DNA of 64,000 nucleotides from IMG/VR virus record IMGVR_UViG_3300041416_000287, positions 176,449 to 240,448 of that record; one strand, 5' to 3'. Shown piece by piece: positions 10,674 to 21,251 of this stretch (position 1 is its first letter; each line of letters starts with the position of its first letter). The notes under the pieces were generated by a model. It saw only the letters and a program-made list of their open reading frames with translations, ran no database searches and was not told where the DNA came from. The position numbers and the translations under genes were made by a program.

Positions 10674-12941
10674 ATGACAACAACTATCGACGGTGATGAA
10701 TTGGAGACGGAGTTTGAGGCGGTGGGATCTGAGTTTGATCGTTTCACGCATGTGATAGTCTGCGACACTGAAGGGAAATTCGTGGAGGCGGTTCCTTACG
10801 TTTACATTCGGACCATCGCCCGAATTCAACAGACCCTGACCATTGTGCCCAAAGCACAATACCCGGACCTCAATCAATATGCGGTTCGTGATGAGTTACT
10901 TCAGTTAGCCTCAACGAACCCCGCTTTCATCTCTTCATTGGCGAAGCAGCGGCATGAAATCATTCCCACGTTACATCAACAGATGCGAGGTCTTCAAGAA
11001 CTGGGCATGTTGGATGAGACTTCAGCCCAGCCCCTAATCGGACAACTCGTTGCCTTCTTAACGACAATTCGAGTCGGACAACTTAATGGTGAAGGTATCT
11101 TTTGGCTGCCTGAGAATTATCTGGGCGACACCGATAGGGACGGACCTGACGCAAACGAGGCTGAAGATTACGAGGAGGGAATCCGAAGGGAAATTTGCGC
11201 TCACATCAAGTATCGCCGTCTGCCCATGGTTCATTTGCTTCCTATGGATCCTGTTCATAGTACAATGCTTATGAATCTCATTGAGACTTTGACCGAGTAT
11301 GCACGCAGTGATTTGACACGTAAGGCTCAACAGACACACTTTGCCCCTCTCTTTCGAAATTCTCACATAGGTGCTGAGGGATTGAAGGTTCTAATGGCCG
11401 AAGAGTTTCGTTGCGTCAAGAACGAAGAAGTGATCGATGCCACAAATAGCTTCATCTTCAATCAAGAGCAGATGGGTCATCTTCATGATTTTCTCGATGC
11501 TGAAGCATATCGGGATCGCCTGCAGTATTACGTGGGTGATTATCTCAATGATTTGGACTTGTCTCGCTCCTTCATCACTGGTTCAGCCATGACCGCAGCC
11601 TTACATATTCGCACTCATGACAATCCTGAATTGGGGATAGATCTCTTCTACCCTAAAGTGCTCACCGAGTTGCCGGCTGAAGTCTTGGAAGATTTGCGAG
11701 TAGATAACTTGACATTGTGGAATATCGCAGCCGTCAGTTTGACCGAAGGAGTGATGACGAAAGGAGATGAGTGCATTCCGTTCAGTATTAAGCCCGGTTC
11801 GGATGTTGATTTGGCGGTTGACAACACGGTGACTGATGATGAATATCGCGCGATCGCTCAGGGACACTTTGAGGTCATTGGTCGCTATTACCCTTATGTG
11901 AAGATGCGCCAACATGACAAACCGAAAGGTGATTGGAATTACATTATTTACACCGATGATCCGGCCTACGTTCCCGTCTTCCGAACTGTTGAAATTTATC
12001 GCTCTTCGTTTCGCAACATCTGCTCTCATCATGTTGGAGCGGTCCGTGGTTGCTTTACGGCTCGTTGGGCGCCGAAGGTTGAGGGACAACCTCCCAAAGC
12101 ACAGTTTTACCTCACAGCCAGTGCAATGTGGACGTTCCGTCACTATGCGACGCCAAATTACCATTACTTCGCTGGACGCAAGTCAAATCCTCAGGACATC
12201 ATCATAAAGAACTTGATGCGGGGTATTCACATCAGTGATGAGGTATTGAATGAGATTGTGCGGCGATACAAGAATCGCAAGAATATTGTCATCGACGATC
12301 TTCCCTTCTACTTCTGTCGCAATGTTCCATATTCCATCTTCGCGGCCCCCCTGGAGTATGCGATGGCTCAACCTCGTCTACAGACTGCGATTGAAGATCG
12401 AGCCCAGCGACGAGCTCGAGAAGCTGACCAGCGAGCCCGCGAGGCGAGACAACAAGCGAAACAGCAAGCTAAAGAGCGAGAGCAACAACAACGAGAGGCT
12501 GAACGGGAGATGTTCCTAGCCATGACTCGAAATCCCGCCCAAGCTGTGCCGTTGCCAACATTAACAGGTTATTTAGGAGCGCACGAACAAACTGCCCAGG
12601 CACTAGTTCGATCCCCACTAGTCTTCGTAGCCAATAATATCCCTTGTATGCCAGGGTATGAGGCTCCTATTCCAGCGGAACAGCATCTCGCTAAGACCCG
12701 GGGGCAAATGAACACAGCTCGAGCAACAGCTATCCCTCGTGTAGTCGTTGATGCCCGCATTCCAGCAATTCCTCGAGTACCGATGCCTCCCCCGACAACC
12801 ATTCCCCAGATACCAGTTCCCATCGGTCTTCCCCAAATGCCTAGAGCAGTCCCCCGGACTATTATCCCGTTGATCCAATGGGATGAAGTCCCAGCTCCTG
12901 GGCAATCTCCGGGACCACAACTTCCCCGTATTCTGCTTTAA
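10674..12941 (+). CDS. Putative nucleotidyltransferase-fold protein with coiled coil and Pro-rich tail
   Basis: FITGSAM...GSDVDLAV resembles the GS...DxD NTase motif; first ATG MTTTIDG at 10674. Confidence 0.55.
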   Translation: MTTTIDGDELETEFEAVGSEFDRFTHVIVCDTEGKFVEAVPYVYIRTIARIQQTLTIVPKAQYPDLNQYAVRDELLQLASTNPAFISSLAKQRHEIIPTLHQQMRGLQELGMLDETSAQPLIGQLVAFLTTIRVGQLNGEGIFWLPENYLGDTDRDGPDANEAEDYEEGIRREICAHIKYRRLPMVHLLPMDPVHSTMLMNLIETLTEYARSDLTRKAQQTHFAPLFRNSHIGAEGLKVLMAEEFRCVKNEEVIDATNSFIFNQEQMGHLHDFLDAEAYRDRLQYYVGDYLNDLDLSRSFITGSAMTAALHIRTHDNPELGIDLFYPKVLTELPAEVLEDLRVDNLTLWNIAAVSLTEGVMTKGDECIPFSIKPGSDVDLAVDNTVTDDEYRAIAQGHFEVIGRYYPYVKMRQHDKPKGDWNYIIYTDDPAYVPVFRTVEIYRSSFRNICSHHVGAVRGCFTARWAPKVEGQPPKAQFYLTASAMWTFRHYATPNYHYFAGRKSNPQDIIIKNLMRGIHISDEVLNEIVRRYKNRKNIVIDDLPFYFCRNVPYSIFAAPLEYAMAQPRLQTAIEDRAQRRAREADQRAREARQQAKQQAKEREQQQREAEREMFLAMTRNPAQAVPLPTLTGYLGAHEQTAQALVRSPLVFVANNIPCMPGYEAPIPAEQHLAKTRGQMNTARATAIPRVVVDARIPAIPRVPMPPPTTIPQIPVPIGLPQMPRAVPRTIIPLIQWDEVPAPGQSPGPQLPRILL

Positions 12942-12946
12942 AAAAC

Positions 12947-12971
12947 AATATGTCTCAAATCGAGACATATT
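12947..12971. terminator. Hairpin shared by convergent genes
   Basis: AATATGTCTC-aaatc-GAGACATATT. Confidence 0.7.
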
Positions 12972-14916
12972 ACGAAATATGGCGTAAGCTATAGATATCG
13001 AAGGGAGCATCTAATCCAATACATATCATATATTTGTGAGCACTGGCACAGAACCAATTCGAAGACAATCGAATACAGGAATTCACATTACTAACTGTTT
13101 CTCCCTGTCGAATAAGGTCCATACGCTGACCAATAGTTAACCCTTCCCGTTCGTCAACGGCAACCTGATATTCCCCGTCCTTATATATGACTAATGGTAA
13201 GTTTAGAATTCGTTGGCCAATATCTCCAATCGTTAAGCAATTAAGTGAGAATGTACGAACTTCGTCCGTCACGTTTAATTCCACTTGGGGCATCCGTTCT
13301 GGTGCAACTGGAGCCTTAAGAACCGGATAATCACCAGTTCCCTCCCAACCTCTCATGTACATCCCAACATGCAATAGACTGCGAAGTGCATCGCGGATTC
13401 CCCCTTTCGTTTCAGTATCAGCCTCCTTATAAGCTAACGCTAGGGCTCGGCTGGCGGCATCATTATTCCGCATCAGAATTTCAATACCCTGCATGGCGGC
13501 TAGAAGATTGGTTCGAGCTTGAATCGCCTCTGCTGGCAATCGAATTGATGGATTAGGACCACTTTGACTCAGTGCGATCAACTTAAGTTTGTTGATGGCG
13601 GTTTGAGTAAAGACCGTGTCGCGATAGTCAAGGAATGGGTTCGTGAAATTCTTATTTCGGTTGAAAGCGTCAGTTAACTCCTTAAATGTGATCGGTTGAA
13701 CTTGTTCACCACTTTGACCAAAACATAGAAGTTGCCCATAAGGAACCTCACCGACATCATTCAGGTCGATCGGAGTTTCCCTGGTCTGCATATTCGGCAA
13801 TTCTCCCTGATAGAACGTTTCTGATACGTAGGCAATTTGCAATAGTTCGTAGGGAGGGTCATCTTCAATCTCGGCCGAAACATATCCTTCAGTTCGGGCT
13901 ATATCGGCTAACCTTCTCTCACTATAAAATTCTTGGGGAAATAATGGATTAAACGTGGCCGATAAGTCAAAGATAGTGGGATTCTTTTGGTACCAGTATT
14001 GCATCCAAGGATCTAATGGTTTGTACTCATTGCGGCCACTTACCTTCAATGCTCTATATTCACGAGTCGGATCGGTTGTTTTACTCAGATCGATACTGTA
14101 ATTTAGGGCGGCCAGGGCGACTGCCCCCGGTTGTGTGGTCGGCTCAATCCGTTGGCGAAGACTGGAGATATCACTCAGATTCTCATAAATACGGGATAGT
14201 AGTTCTGAATTGGCCTCTGTCTTTGGAATTATACCAAATTCAATCGGAACTTCGGTATCCGGTGGTTCTGGATCTTGAATCTCATGATGAGATAACATCA
14301 AGACATTGATGAGGTCAATGCGATTACTTTCCTTCTCGATGAATGTCTTGGCTCGCCGGGTTACCGATTCGATATTTTCCCGCAACATTCTCACTGCGTA
14401 GGCCATTTGGTTAATAGTGGTCCGGGAATTAATATTCAGCCTATGATGACCACAAATCTTATATAACACACACGCATTAATGGCAAATGGGTTATCCGGA
14501 GTTTGTAATTCTGCCACAAAGTCACTCGGTAATTTATTGAGTGGATTATCATTATTGGTAAACCCGAGTAGGAAATTGTAAGCTTGGATAAGTTTACTTT
14601 GTGGCCAGGATTGATGCTTGTTCACGAATCTGGCCACAAATTGTAGCTCTGATTTCTCTTTGATTTCTCCAATGGAAGGAATCGACGTACTGTGAATACT
14701 AGCTAGCAGATGACGGGCAAAACTAGGCGTTCCCAAGTCTTCTTGCTTATATTTAATAGCATGGGCATCAGCAATCTCTAATAATACACACATCGGTGTC
14801 TGTTCATGAATATGTCCAGTAATAGCAAGACGGGATAGTTGAAATTTGGCCGATACTGCCGAAGTCTGAACTTTAGCATGTTCAGCATCTTGTGGTTGAC
14901 TGGTGGTAGGGCGCAT
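12970..14916 (-). CDS. Hypothetical protein; C-terminal domain paralogous to that of 15112..18684
   Basis: GMYMRGWEGTGDYP...LPLVIY...CIRLSSNWF aligns with GMWMRFWKGPGYPWP...LPLVDY...CMAHGSDLI. Confidence 0.8.
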   Translation of the reverse strand: MRPTTSQPQDAEHAKVQTSAVSAKFQLSRLAITGHIHEQTPMCVLLEIADAHAIKYKQEDLGTPSFARHLLASIHSTSIPSIGEIKEKSELQFVARFVNKHQSWPQSKLIQAYNFLLGFTNNDNPLNKLPSDFVAELQTPDNPFAINACVLYKICGHHRLNINSRTTINQMAYAVRMLRENIESVTRRAKTFIEKESNRIDLINVLMLSHHEIQDPEPPDTEVPIEFGIIPKTEANSELLSRIYENLSDISSLRQRIEPTTQPGAVALAALNYSIDLSKTTDPTREYRALKVSGRNEYKPLDPWMQYWYQKNPTIFDLSATFNPLFPQEFYSERRLADIARTEGYVSAEIEDDPPYELLQIAYVSETFYQGELPNMQTRETPIDLNDVGEVPYGQLLCFGQSGEQVQPITFKELTDAFNRNKNFTNPFLDYRDTVFTQTAINKLKLIALSQSGPNPSIRLPAEAIQARTNLLAAMQGIEILMRNNDAASRALALAYKEADTETKGGIRDALRSLLHVGMYMRGWEGTGDYPVLKAPVAPERMPQVELNVTDEVRTFSLNCLTIGDIGQRILNLPLVIYKDGEYQVAVDEREGLTIGQRMDLIRQGETVSNVNSCIRLSSNWFCASAHKYMICIGLDAPFDIYSLRHIS

Positions 14917-15111
14917 ATTTTACCATTCAGCAATATATATTTAAGCAACCGATACTTAGCCACTTACCATTTAATAATCACTTATAGGAGCTCGCCACTA
15001 TCACCCTGGATTCAATTTGAAGGACCTTCAAATTCACGACCATGATAGGACATATGATTACTACTAAAGTTGGTAATAGCATTACTAGCATAAATAATAC
15101 TAGTCCTATAA

Positions 15112-18100
15112 ATGGAAGCGGGCAAATACCGTGATTTATCTATACCACAATTACGTCAACAGGTAGTGAACCGGAACATCGTCATCGGGACCGCCCGCAC
15201 CAAAGAAGAACTTATCGCCCTATTGGAACGAGATGATCAGTTGGCTAGGGCGGCTAGGGCGGCAACCGCTCGAACGGCAGTTGTTCCAGGACTAGTAGCC
15301 CCACCCCGGGTAACGGCAGTTCCGGTTCAACCAGCTGAGGCGGCGCGAGCAGCGAGGGCCAATTATGAGAGACTGACTAATCAGCAATTAGAGCAACTAT
15401 TTGCGCAAAGGCAAATACTGCCTCCCTTACCTTTCACTAGGGAGACCGCCATTGCGACTCTCATTCTACAAGGTGCTCGAGAACGGGCTCAGACAGCTCT
15501 CGGACCTACAATGGCCCCGCCGCCATTCGGAGTACCACGAGTAGCGCCAGCCCCGGTTCAACCAACAGCCGTTCTAGTTCAACGTCTGACTGTTGAAGAA
15601 GAGACCATCGCCAGATTTGCCCGGGAGCGATATCTGCCACAAACTGAGCGTCAATTAGAAGAGGAAATGAGACGGCGAGGTCTCCCACCCCCGACTGCAG
15701 GGGCAGGAGTTAAACAGTATCTGACTAAGGCTCTAGTTGATGACGATGTTCGTCGATATCGAGGTCAAACGCAAGCTCAGCCCCCACAGCCAGTAGCCCC
15801 GCCTCAACCGACCCCACCACCGATTACCACCCAGCCAATCGCAGTTCAGCAGGCGGCCGCTGAGGCAGAACGAACAGCTCGGGCTTATTACTGGACATTA
15901 AGTCCTCGCGAATTAGAACGAATCTTGACACAAAGAGGCGTACTCACCCTGTTCAATCTTGATAAGCAGCAACTAATTGAACTGCTCGTTGCTGATGATG
16001 CCCGAAAGCGGGCAGGTCTTGCGGCCCAAGCACAAGGTATTTTCGGGCTACCACAGACGCCACCGCGTGTAGCAGCAGGGCCGATAGTGGCTCCTACGGC
16101 CCCCCGTCTGGCTCGAACTGTGGCCCGAACCGGAGCTGTCCCCTCACCTCCACGATCGCCGACACGTCCGATAGGAGGGATTCCCACGGTTCCAGTTGTG
16201 CCGGCGGTTCCTGTAACTACTGTTCGCCCGGTAGTTCCTCCCGTAGTGCTTCCTCCAGTGACTCGCCCAGTAGTTCCGCCTCCAGCTACTCGTGCGGTGG
16301 TTCCACCAGTGGTGACTCGTGCAGTCGTCCCACCAGTGGTGCCTCCACCAGCTGCTCGTCCAGTAGTTCCTCTGACTGGCCAAATGCGATTCCCGCCCGG
16401 TTTGGTTGGGCCAGTTGGCACTATTGTCCAACCATTTTTACCACCGCCATCACCAGAGACTGAGGAGGAAGAGGAAGAAGAGGGGCCCTCACCAGTTACT
16501 TCTCCATTCACTGTTATTGGGCCGACCATTCCGCCCGTTCGTGGACTCGTGGTACAACCGCCACCATTGACGCCAGAGCAGTCCATTCAACGGAAATTGC
16601 AGCACGCTACGTTTGAAGTCTATGACACTCAACTTCGCGGTGATCATCCGAGGACGATAAATACCATAACTGATATTACTCCCGATGTTCTTAATAATAA
16701 CCAGCGCGTTAACTTTGGCGTCATGCGCCAAGGTAGGGAAAGGCAGTATGTTATCCAAGTCCTAATGACGCAAGCCACTCCTCAACAAATTGCCGTATTG
16801 GCCACTCAATTGGGGTTCTCCAGGCTAAATGCGGCGATCGATGTTTACTACAATTTACTCTGGTATTTGAATATGGGTCAAACCCCGTATGCCTTGAACT
16901 TGACTGAGGATGAAAAGGCTTATATTTCCGGGCTTACCCCACAGCAGCTCACTGCTTTGTTGGGACCGCGGTACCGCGGTCCCAGTGATATGGCCGCGCT
17001 TCTCTTTGCGGCAGTATCTGGTCGATCAGCTCCCATGCCAGATCAGAGAAATATTCCTCGTTATCCTGAAGCGGCTGATTATGCCCCAGCTTCAGTCTGG
17101 ACATTGGCTCAAGACCTCTATGGACTTATCAATGAGGATGATCAATATGCCAGCATATATCCGCCATATGTTCATGTGGCATTGCAGGCACCATCTCGCC
17201 TTGAAGCCATCATTGGAGCCGTGACGGAAGCTAACATCGATCAGCTGATCACCCAGTTTGGCCTAGTTCTCCCGACTGAGAACACTCCTCAGACTGCAAG
17301 ACAGAAGATGAAGTTCTTCTTTGGTCAGATTCGTGATTATGAAAATATCTTCACTCGGCCGGCCGATCTCCTTCCGCCACCAGTATTGACTCAAGTAGCG
17401 GAGGGACAGGTGAATGCCACTTTAGAACAGTATACGCTGAAGGAGATCGTCGATACTTATGAGCCAACTGCACGATGGGAAAATCGCGATCGCCTTATTC
17501 ACAACATTTGGCAAGAGGGCCGGGGCGGTGCCGTTTGGGCCTGGCGCCACAGGTGGTGTAACAATGACGAAGCCATCAGCGTGATCAGTGGTGATCGCTA
17601 CGGAGATGCCGATAAGAATAATCCTCAAGATCCTACCCTTTCGTATGGATTCCCGCGAAATTATCGATGCTACCAAGTCAGTGAATTGGCGGCCAGCTTC
17701 CGTGAAGATCCTGATGATCATATCTTGCACTTCTACGTTCCGGATTATATAAGAGGAGGCAACGATCCCAATACTGGACAACTCATGACCCAGGACTTCC
17801 CAATTGACAGCATTCGTCAGCTTCGTACCTTGTTGCAAACCCCGCCAGCCGGGTATGTTGTGAATAATTTGGTCGTTAAAGTACAAGAGGGACTAGATGC
17901 GGCGGCCAATGCTGGTCGCGTTGTTCGGACGTTGAAAGCCCAGTATGAAGCGAAACAGGCTGATGAACAGTACTTGATTCGTTTGTATCTGGCCTGGCTA
18001 TTTACCTATGGTATGTGGATGCGCTTCTGGAAGGGACCTGGTTACCCGTGGCCCGTACGTTGGGTTGAAGGGGGTGGTGGCACCGAACTATGTGAAACGG

Positions 18101-18684
18101 GCCGTCGCGATGAGCATATTTTCATTCAGCATGGTATCCGTACCGCTCTGGCGAATGCCTATGAACAAGCTCAGTACCCTGGATTGAGGGATTGGATAGA
18201 GGGGTTGCCACTAGTTGATTACAATATTCGAACTGGAGAGGCCCATATGGCTACTGCTGGGGCTACTACTCTGAAGACGATATTGGATCGAATTCAGCTC
18301 GGCGATTTTTGCATGGCTCACGGTTCAGATCTCATCCTGAAGACCGCTTATTACCTCACAGCTCGTGTTTTAGGCCTCACTACCGAAGGACAATTCAATG
18401 CCTTCATAAATGAGATGCTTCCCTCATTGTATGAGCTTGAACGACAAGTGGTGGAGTATGAGTTACATGCCGTGCGCGAGCGCGAGCGTCAAGCAACTGC
18501 ACAAGGGAGAACTCAAACTGGTGAAGCCAGAGAGGTAACCCGACGACGAACGGAAGCACTTCGAGCTCGTCAGACCGAATTAGCCAGACCAGCTCCAGTT
18601 CAACCACCATTCCGTCCCACTGAACTTACCGGAACACAACATACTGATCCTGGTCTCGGAGCCCAGATTCGTTTCGCTGATTAA
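15112..18684 (+). CDS. Large protein with four SAP/Rho-N-like helical repeats, PVVPP low-complexity region and conserved C-terminal domain
   Basis: Repeats YRDLSIPQLRQ...KEELIALL, YERLTNQQLEQ, YLPQTERQLEE...KQYLTKALV, YWTLSPRELER...KQQLIELLV; TAAATG start. Confidence 0.8.
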   Translation: MEAGKYRDLSIPQLRQQVVNRNIVIGTARTKEELIALLERDDQLARAARAATARTAVVPGLVAPPRVTAVPVQPAEAARAARANYERLTNQQLEQLFAQRQILPPLPFTRETAIATLILQGARERAQTALGPTMAPPPFGVPRVAPAPVQPTAVLVQRLTVEEETIARFARERYLPQTERQLEEEMRRRGLPPPTAGAGVKQYLTKALVDDDVRRYRGQTQAQPPQPVAPPQPTPPPITTQPIAVQQAAAEAERTARAYYWTLSPRELERILTQRGVLTLFNLDKQQLIELLVADDARKRAGLAAQAQGIFGLPQTPPRVAAGPIVAPTAPRLARTVARTGAVPSPPRSPTRPIGGIPTVPVVPAVPVTTVRPVVPPVVLPPVTRPVVPPPATRAVVPPVVTRAVVPPVVPPPAARPVVPLTGQMRFPPGLVGPVGTIVQPFLPPPSPETEEEEEEEGPSPVTSPFTVIGPTIPPVRGLVVQPPPLTPEQSIQRKLQHATFEVYDTQLRGDHPRTINTITDITPDVLNNNQRVNFGVMRQGRERQYVIQVLMTQATPQQIAVLATQLGFSRLNAAIDVYYNLLWYLNMGQTPYALNLTEDEKAYISGLTPQQLTALLGPRYRGPSDMAALLFAAVSGRSAPMPDQRNIPRYPEAADYAPASVWTLAQDLYGLINEDDQYASIYPPYVHVALQAPSRLEAIIGAVTEANIDQLITQFGLVLPTENTPQTARQKMKFFFGQIRDYENIFTRPADLLPPPVLTQVAEGQVNATLEQYTLKEIVDTYEPTARWENRDRLIHNIWQEGRGGAVWAWRHRWCNNDEAISVISGDRYGDADKNNPQDPTLSYGFPRNYRCYQVSELAASFREDPDDHILHFYVPDYIRGGNDPNTGQLMTQDFPIDSIRQLRTLLQTPPAGYVVNNLVVKVQEGLDAAANAGRVVRTLKAQYEAKQADEQYLIRLYLAWLFTYGMWMRFWKGPGYPWPVRWVEGGGGTELCETGRRDEHIFIQHGIRTALANAYEQAQYPGLRDWIEGLPLVDYNIRTGEAHMATAGATTLKTILDRIQLGDFCMAHGSDLILKTAYYLTARVLGLTTEGQFNAFINEMLPSLYELERQVVEYELHAVRERERQATAQGRTQTGEAREVTRRRTEALRARQTELARPAPVQPPFRPTELTGTQHTDPGLGAQIRFAD

Positions 18685-18746
18685 GGTGTTAACCATAGAT
18701 TATCGCTAGCGATAACCTATATTCATTGCTAAGGCTTTTGCCAAGA

Positions 18747-19853
18747 CTACTGCCATCGGACCGTTAAGAACCAGACTGTGCCGGTTGAAGTAACTTCGGC
18801 GAATTGGGCCGATTGGGTGAAACTTTGACTCAAAGTGGCTGATGTAGAAGTAATAGTCAGCGGATTGCTATTATGACTGGTATTGGCGGTGCTCAAGAAA
18901 GCTTTGGCGATAGTTCCGACAGTAGTAAGAGTGAAGATCACTCCAGTTGGATTAGGATCCTGATTACTGGCCACGGTGATGGCATTAACCGCATAGTTAT
19001 CACTGGTGCTATACTTTAGAGCAAAGCCACCGACGCTTCCACTTACGGCCTGTAGATTAGTTGTATCCAAAGCTTTAGCCGTGGGGGTGATCGCGCCAGC
19101 CCGAAGCTTGATGATATATTCACTGAAGTTGTTGCTTACTGGGCCTGGCGGTCCTGCGGGACCGATTGAACCGACGGGACCAGCCGGACCCACCGGACCA
19201 ATTCCACCAGCGGGACCGATTCCACCAGCGGGACCAGCCGGACCAGTAGATCCAGGTCCTGTCGGGCCCATTACACCAGCTGGACCCGGTGGACCACCGG
19301 CTGGACCCATAACACCTTGAGTACCTTGAAGACCGGTTGGACCAAGTACGCCTTGAATACCTATCGCACCCTGAGGGCCCTGTGGACCACCCGGGCCAGC
19401 GATTCCTTGCTGCCCTTGTTGACCCTGGGGACCCACGGGTCCCTGTGCACCGGCTGGACCAGGAGGTCCCTGAACACCAGCTGCCCCCTGCGTGCCTTGT
19501 GCACCTGCAGGCCCTTGTGGACCAGCTGGTCCACCCGCCGGTCCGATCGGTCCAGTTGGACCAAGTGGTCCGAAAGGCCCTAGAGGACCTGGGGGTCCCA
19601 GATTACCACGAGGCCCAGGTGGACCAGCATAACCACAAGGACCATCAAATCCGCGATCACCGCGAGGTCCAGGTGGCCCTTCTGGACCGGGAGGACCTGC
19701 GGGACCGACTTGCCCAGGTGGCCCCGGTAAACCCCTTTGGCCAATTGACCCTGGATCTCCTTTTGATCCAGTCGGCCCAGTAGGTCCGGTATGGCCGCAA
19801 AACATTAATCCAGCATGTTCATGATGGAGACTACTTCTCACAGAACGATCCAT
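18747..19853 (-). CDS. Collagen-like protein with C-terminal beta-rich domain
   Basis: Long Gly-X-Y run (GPAGPQGP...); TAAATG start. Confidence 0.92.
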   Translation of the reverse strand: MDRSVRSSLHHEHAGLMFCGHTGPTGPTGSKGDPGSIGQRGLPGPPGQVGPAGPPGPEGPPGPRGDRGFDGPCGYAGPPGPRGNLGPPGPLGPFGPLGPTGPIGPAGGPAGPQGPAGAQGTQGAAGVQGPPGPAGAQGPVGPQGQQGQQGIAGPGGPQGPQGAIGIQGVLGPTGLQGTQGVMGPAGGPPGPAGVMGPTGPGSTGPAGPAGGIGPAGGIGPVGPAGPVGSIGPAGPPGPVSNNFSEYIIKLRAGAITPTAKALDTTNLQAVSGSVGGFALKYSTSDNYAVNAITVASNQDPNPTGVIFTLTTVGTIAKAFLSTANTSHNSNPLTITSTSATLSQSFTQSAQFAEVTSTGTVWFLTVRWQ

Positions 19854-19938
19854 TTACGATGAAACGAATTAACTAGAAAAATTCTTACGTGGGCCACTAG
19901 CAATAATACTCACTCCAAGTTGTTCACACACACAGGAA

Positions 19939-20634
19939 CTAGAAACCGTGTTTAGTTTCGACGGCGGGAATAATCCCCATAAACCATGCTAGGAAGGCAA
20001 ATCCTACGGCTAAATAACACCATAGATTAGTAAAGGCGCTAACTGGATAATGGGCCAATACAAATGCCGCCGCCAGTACTCCATAAATAATAAGGACCGC
20101 AATGCCAATATCTGCCCACACATAGAAAGCGAAGATTAGAAACAGAGGGATAAAAATGCCAAGTAAGTAGAGCCATCCCCATTTATTGAGTAGTGAAGTT
20201 CCATTCATGTGCCACTCTACGCCTCCACTCGCGTTAGGAAGACCGGAAAAAGAACTATCTGAAGTAAAGGAGAAAATTAAGGCAATTACGAATATCGTGG
20301 CAAAGAGGAAAAGATTCCACCCAGCAATAGTATGGGCAATATTTTCCGTTGCGGTGGAGCGTTGTGCTCCGTCGATAAAGATAAAGACCCCAATGGCTAA
20401 TACTAAACACTGAAGCCATAGGGTGATAAAGAGAGCCCGTCCTGATTGATGGGGATCCGCGCCGCTCCGAACTCCATATTCAATAAGTTGAACTAATCCT
20501 AGAGTAAAGACAAAAATAGCTAGGGCCCGATCGTATTTCTCATTTCGATACCATAAAAATAGGGCCATCAAGGCCAGTATCCACCAGGAGGTGACATTGA
20601 TCTTGGCATCGGAACCCATATCTTTCCATAACAT
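19939..20634 (-). CDS. Seven-TM integral membrane protein of unknown function
   Basis: About 7 hydrophobic helices; QLIEY and LWCY motifs. Confidence 0.75.
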   Translation of the reverse strand: MLWKDMGSDAKINVTSWWILALMALFLWYRNEKYDRALAIFVFTLGLVQLIEYGVRSGADPHQSGRALFITLWLQCLVLAIGVFIFIDGAQRSTATENIAHTIAGWNLFLFATIFVIALIFSFTSDSSFSGLPNASGGVEWHMNGTSLLNKWGWLYLLGIFIPLFLIFAFYVWADIGIAVLIIYGVLAAAFVLAHYPVSAFTNLWCYLAVGFAFLAWFMGIIPAVETKHGF

Positions 20635-20651
20635 ACTATAATTATAGTATG

Positions 20652-21011
20652 TTAATATGTTTCCCAGTCATACATGGATACTGCATCACCCCCAGCATCT
20701 GCATAGATGTCCATGCAGCCCCCAGGGCCGGCGGGATCACGTGAGAAGATGCAGTCTGGCTTCGCTAGCTCGTCTAAGACTGATGTTACTGTTTCCACAG
20801 TGGTGGGAGCTCCGTTCTTCAAGGCCTGAGCCCAACGAACAGCAAAATATTGACAAAAGAGACCTGGAGTCATGAGGTGCTTCGCATCATCAAACTGAAT
20901 AGTCTTCGACTCAGCCTCGCGAGCTGAGGCGGCCGCATGCATATAGACATATTTGGTATAGAGTCCCCACATGAAACTATCATTGGAAAAATCCAGTGCT
21001 CGCTCCGACAT
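20652..21011 (-). CDS. Hypothetical protein
   Basis: 119-aa ORF filling the gap between neighbouring genes. Confidence 0.55.
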   Translation of the reverse strand: MSERALDFSNDSFMWGLYTKYVYMHAAASAREAESKTIQFDDAKHLMTPGLFCQYFAVRWAQALKNGAPTTVETVTSVLDELAKPDCIFSRDPAGPGGCMDIYADAGGDAVSMYDWETY

Positions 21012-21251
21012 CGGCTTTCTTCTCTGTGATTAGGAGTAACTTGTTACTTCACTTTGGACATCGTGTGGGCATAAACTGCCCCCATTAATTGGGATAATTC
21101 TAATTGTAAATTTAGTACTATATTTATTAGTCCTATGTAGGGACAAATGAACAAAGATATTAAAATAATTGTTCGAATAATATCCTACCATGGTTTCTTT
21201 TGGGCCACAGACCACCTGCCAACTACCTAAAGACAACAACAACTCCAGCAA

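Noticed and set aside
19939-20634. Viral rhodopsin (7 TM)
   Set aside because: No retinal-binding Lys in the last helix and no DTE/DxxxK-type motifs
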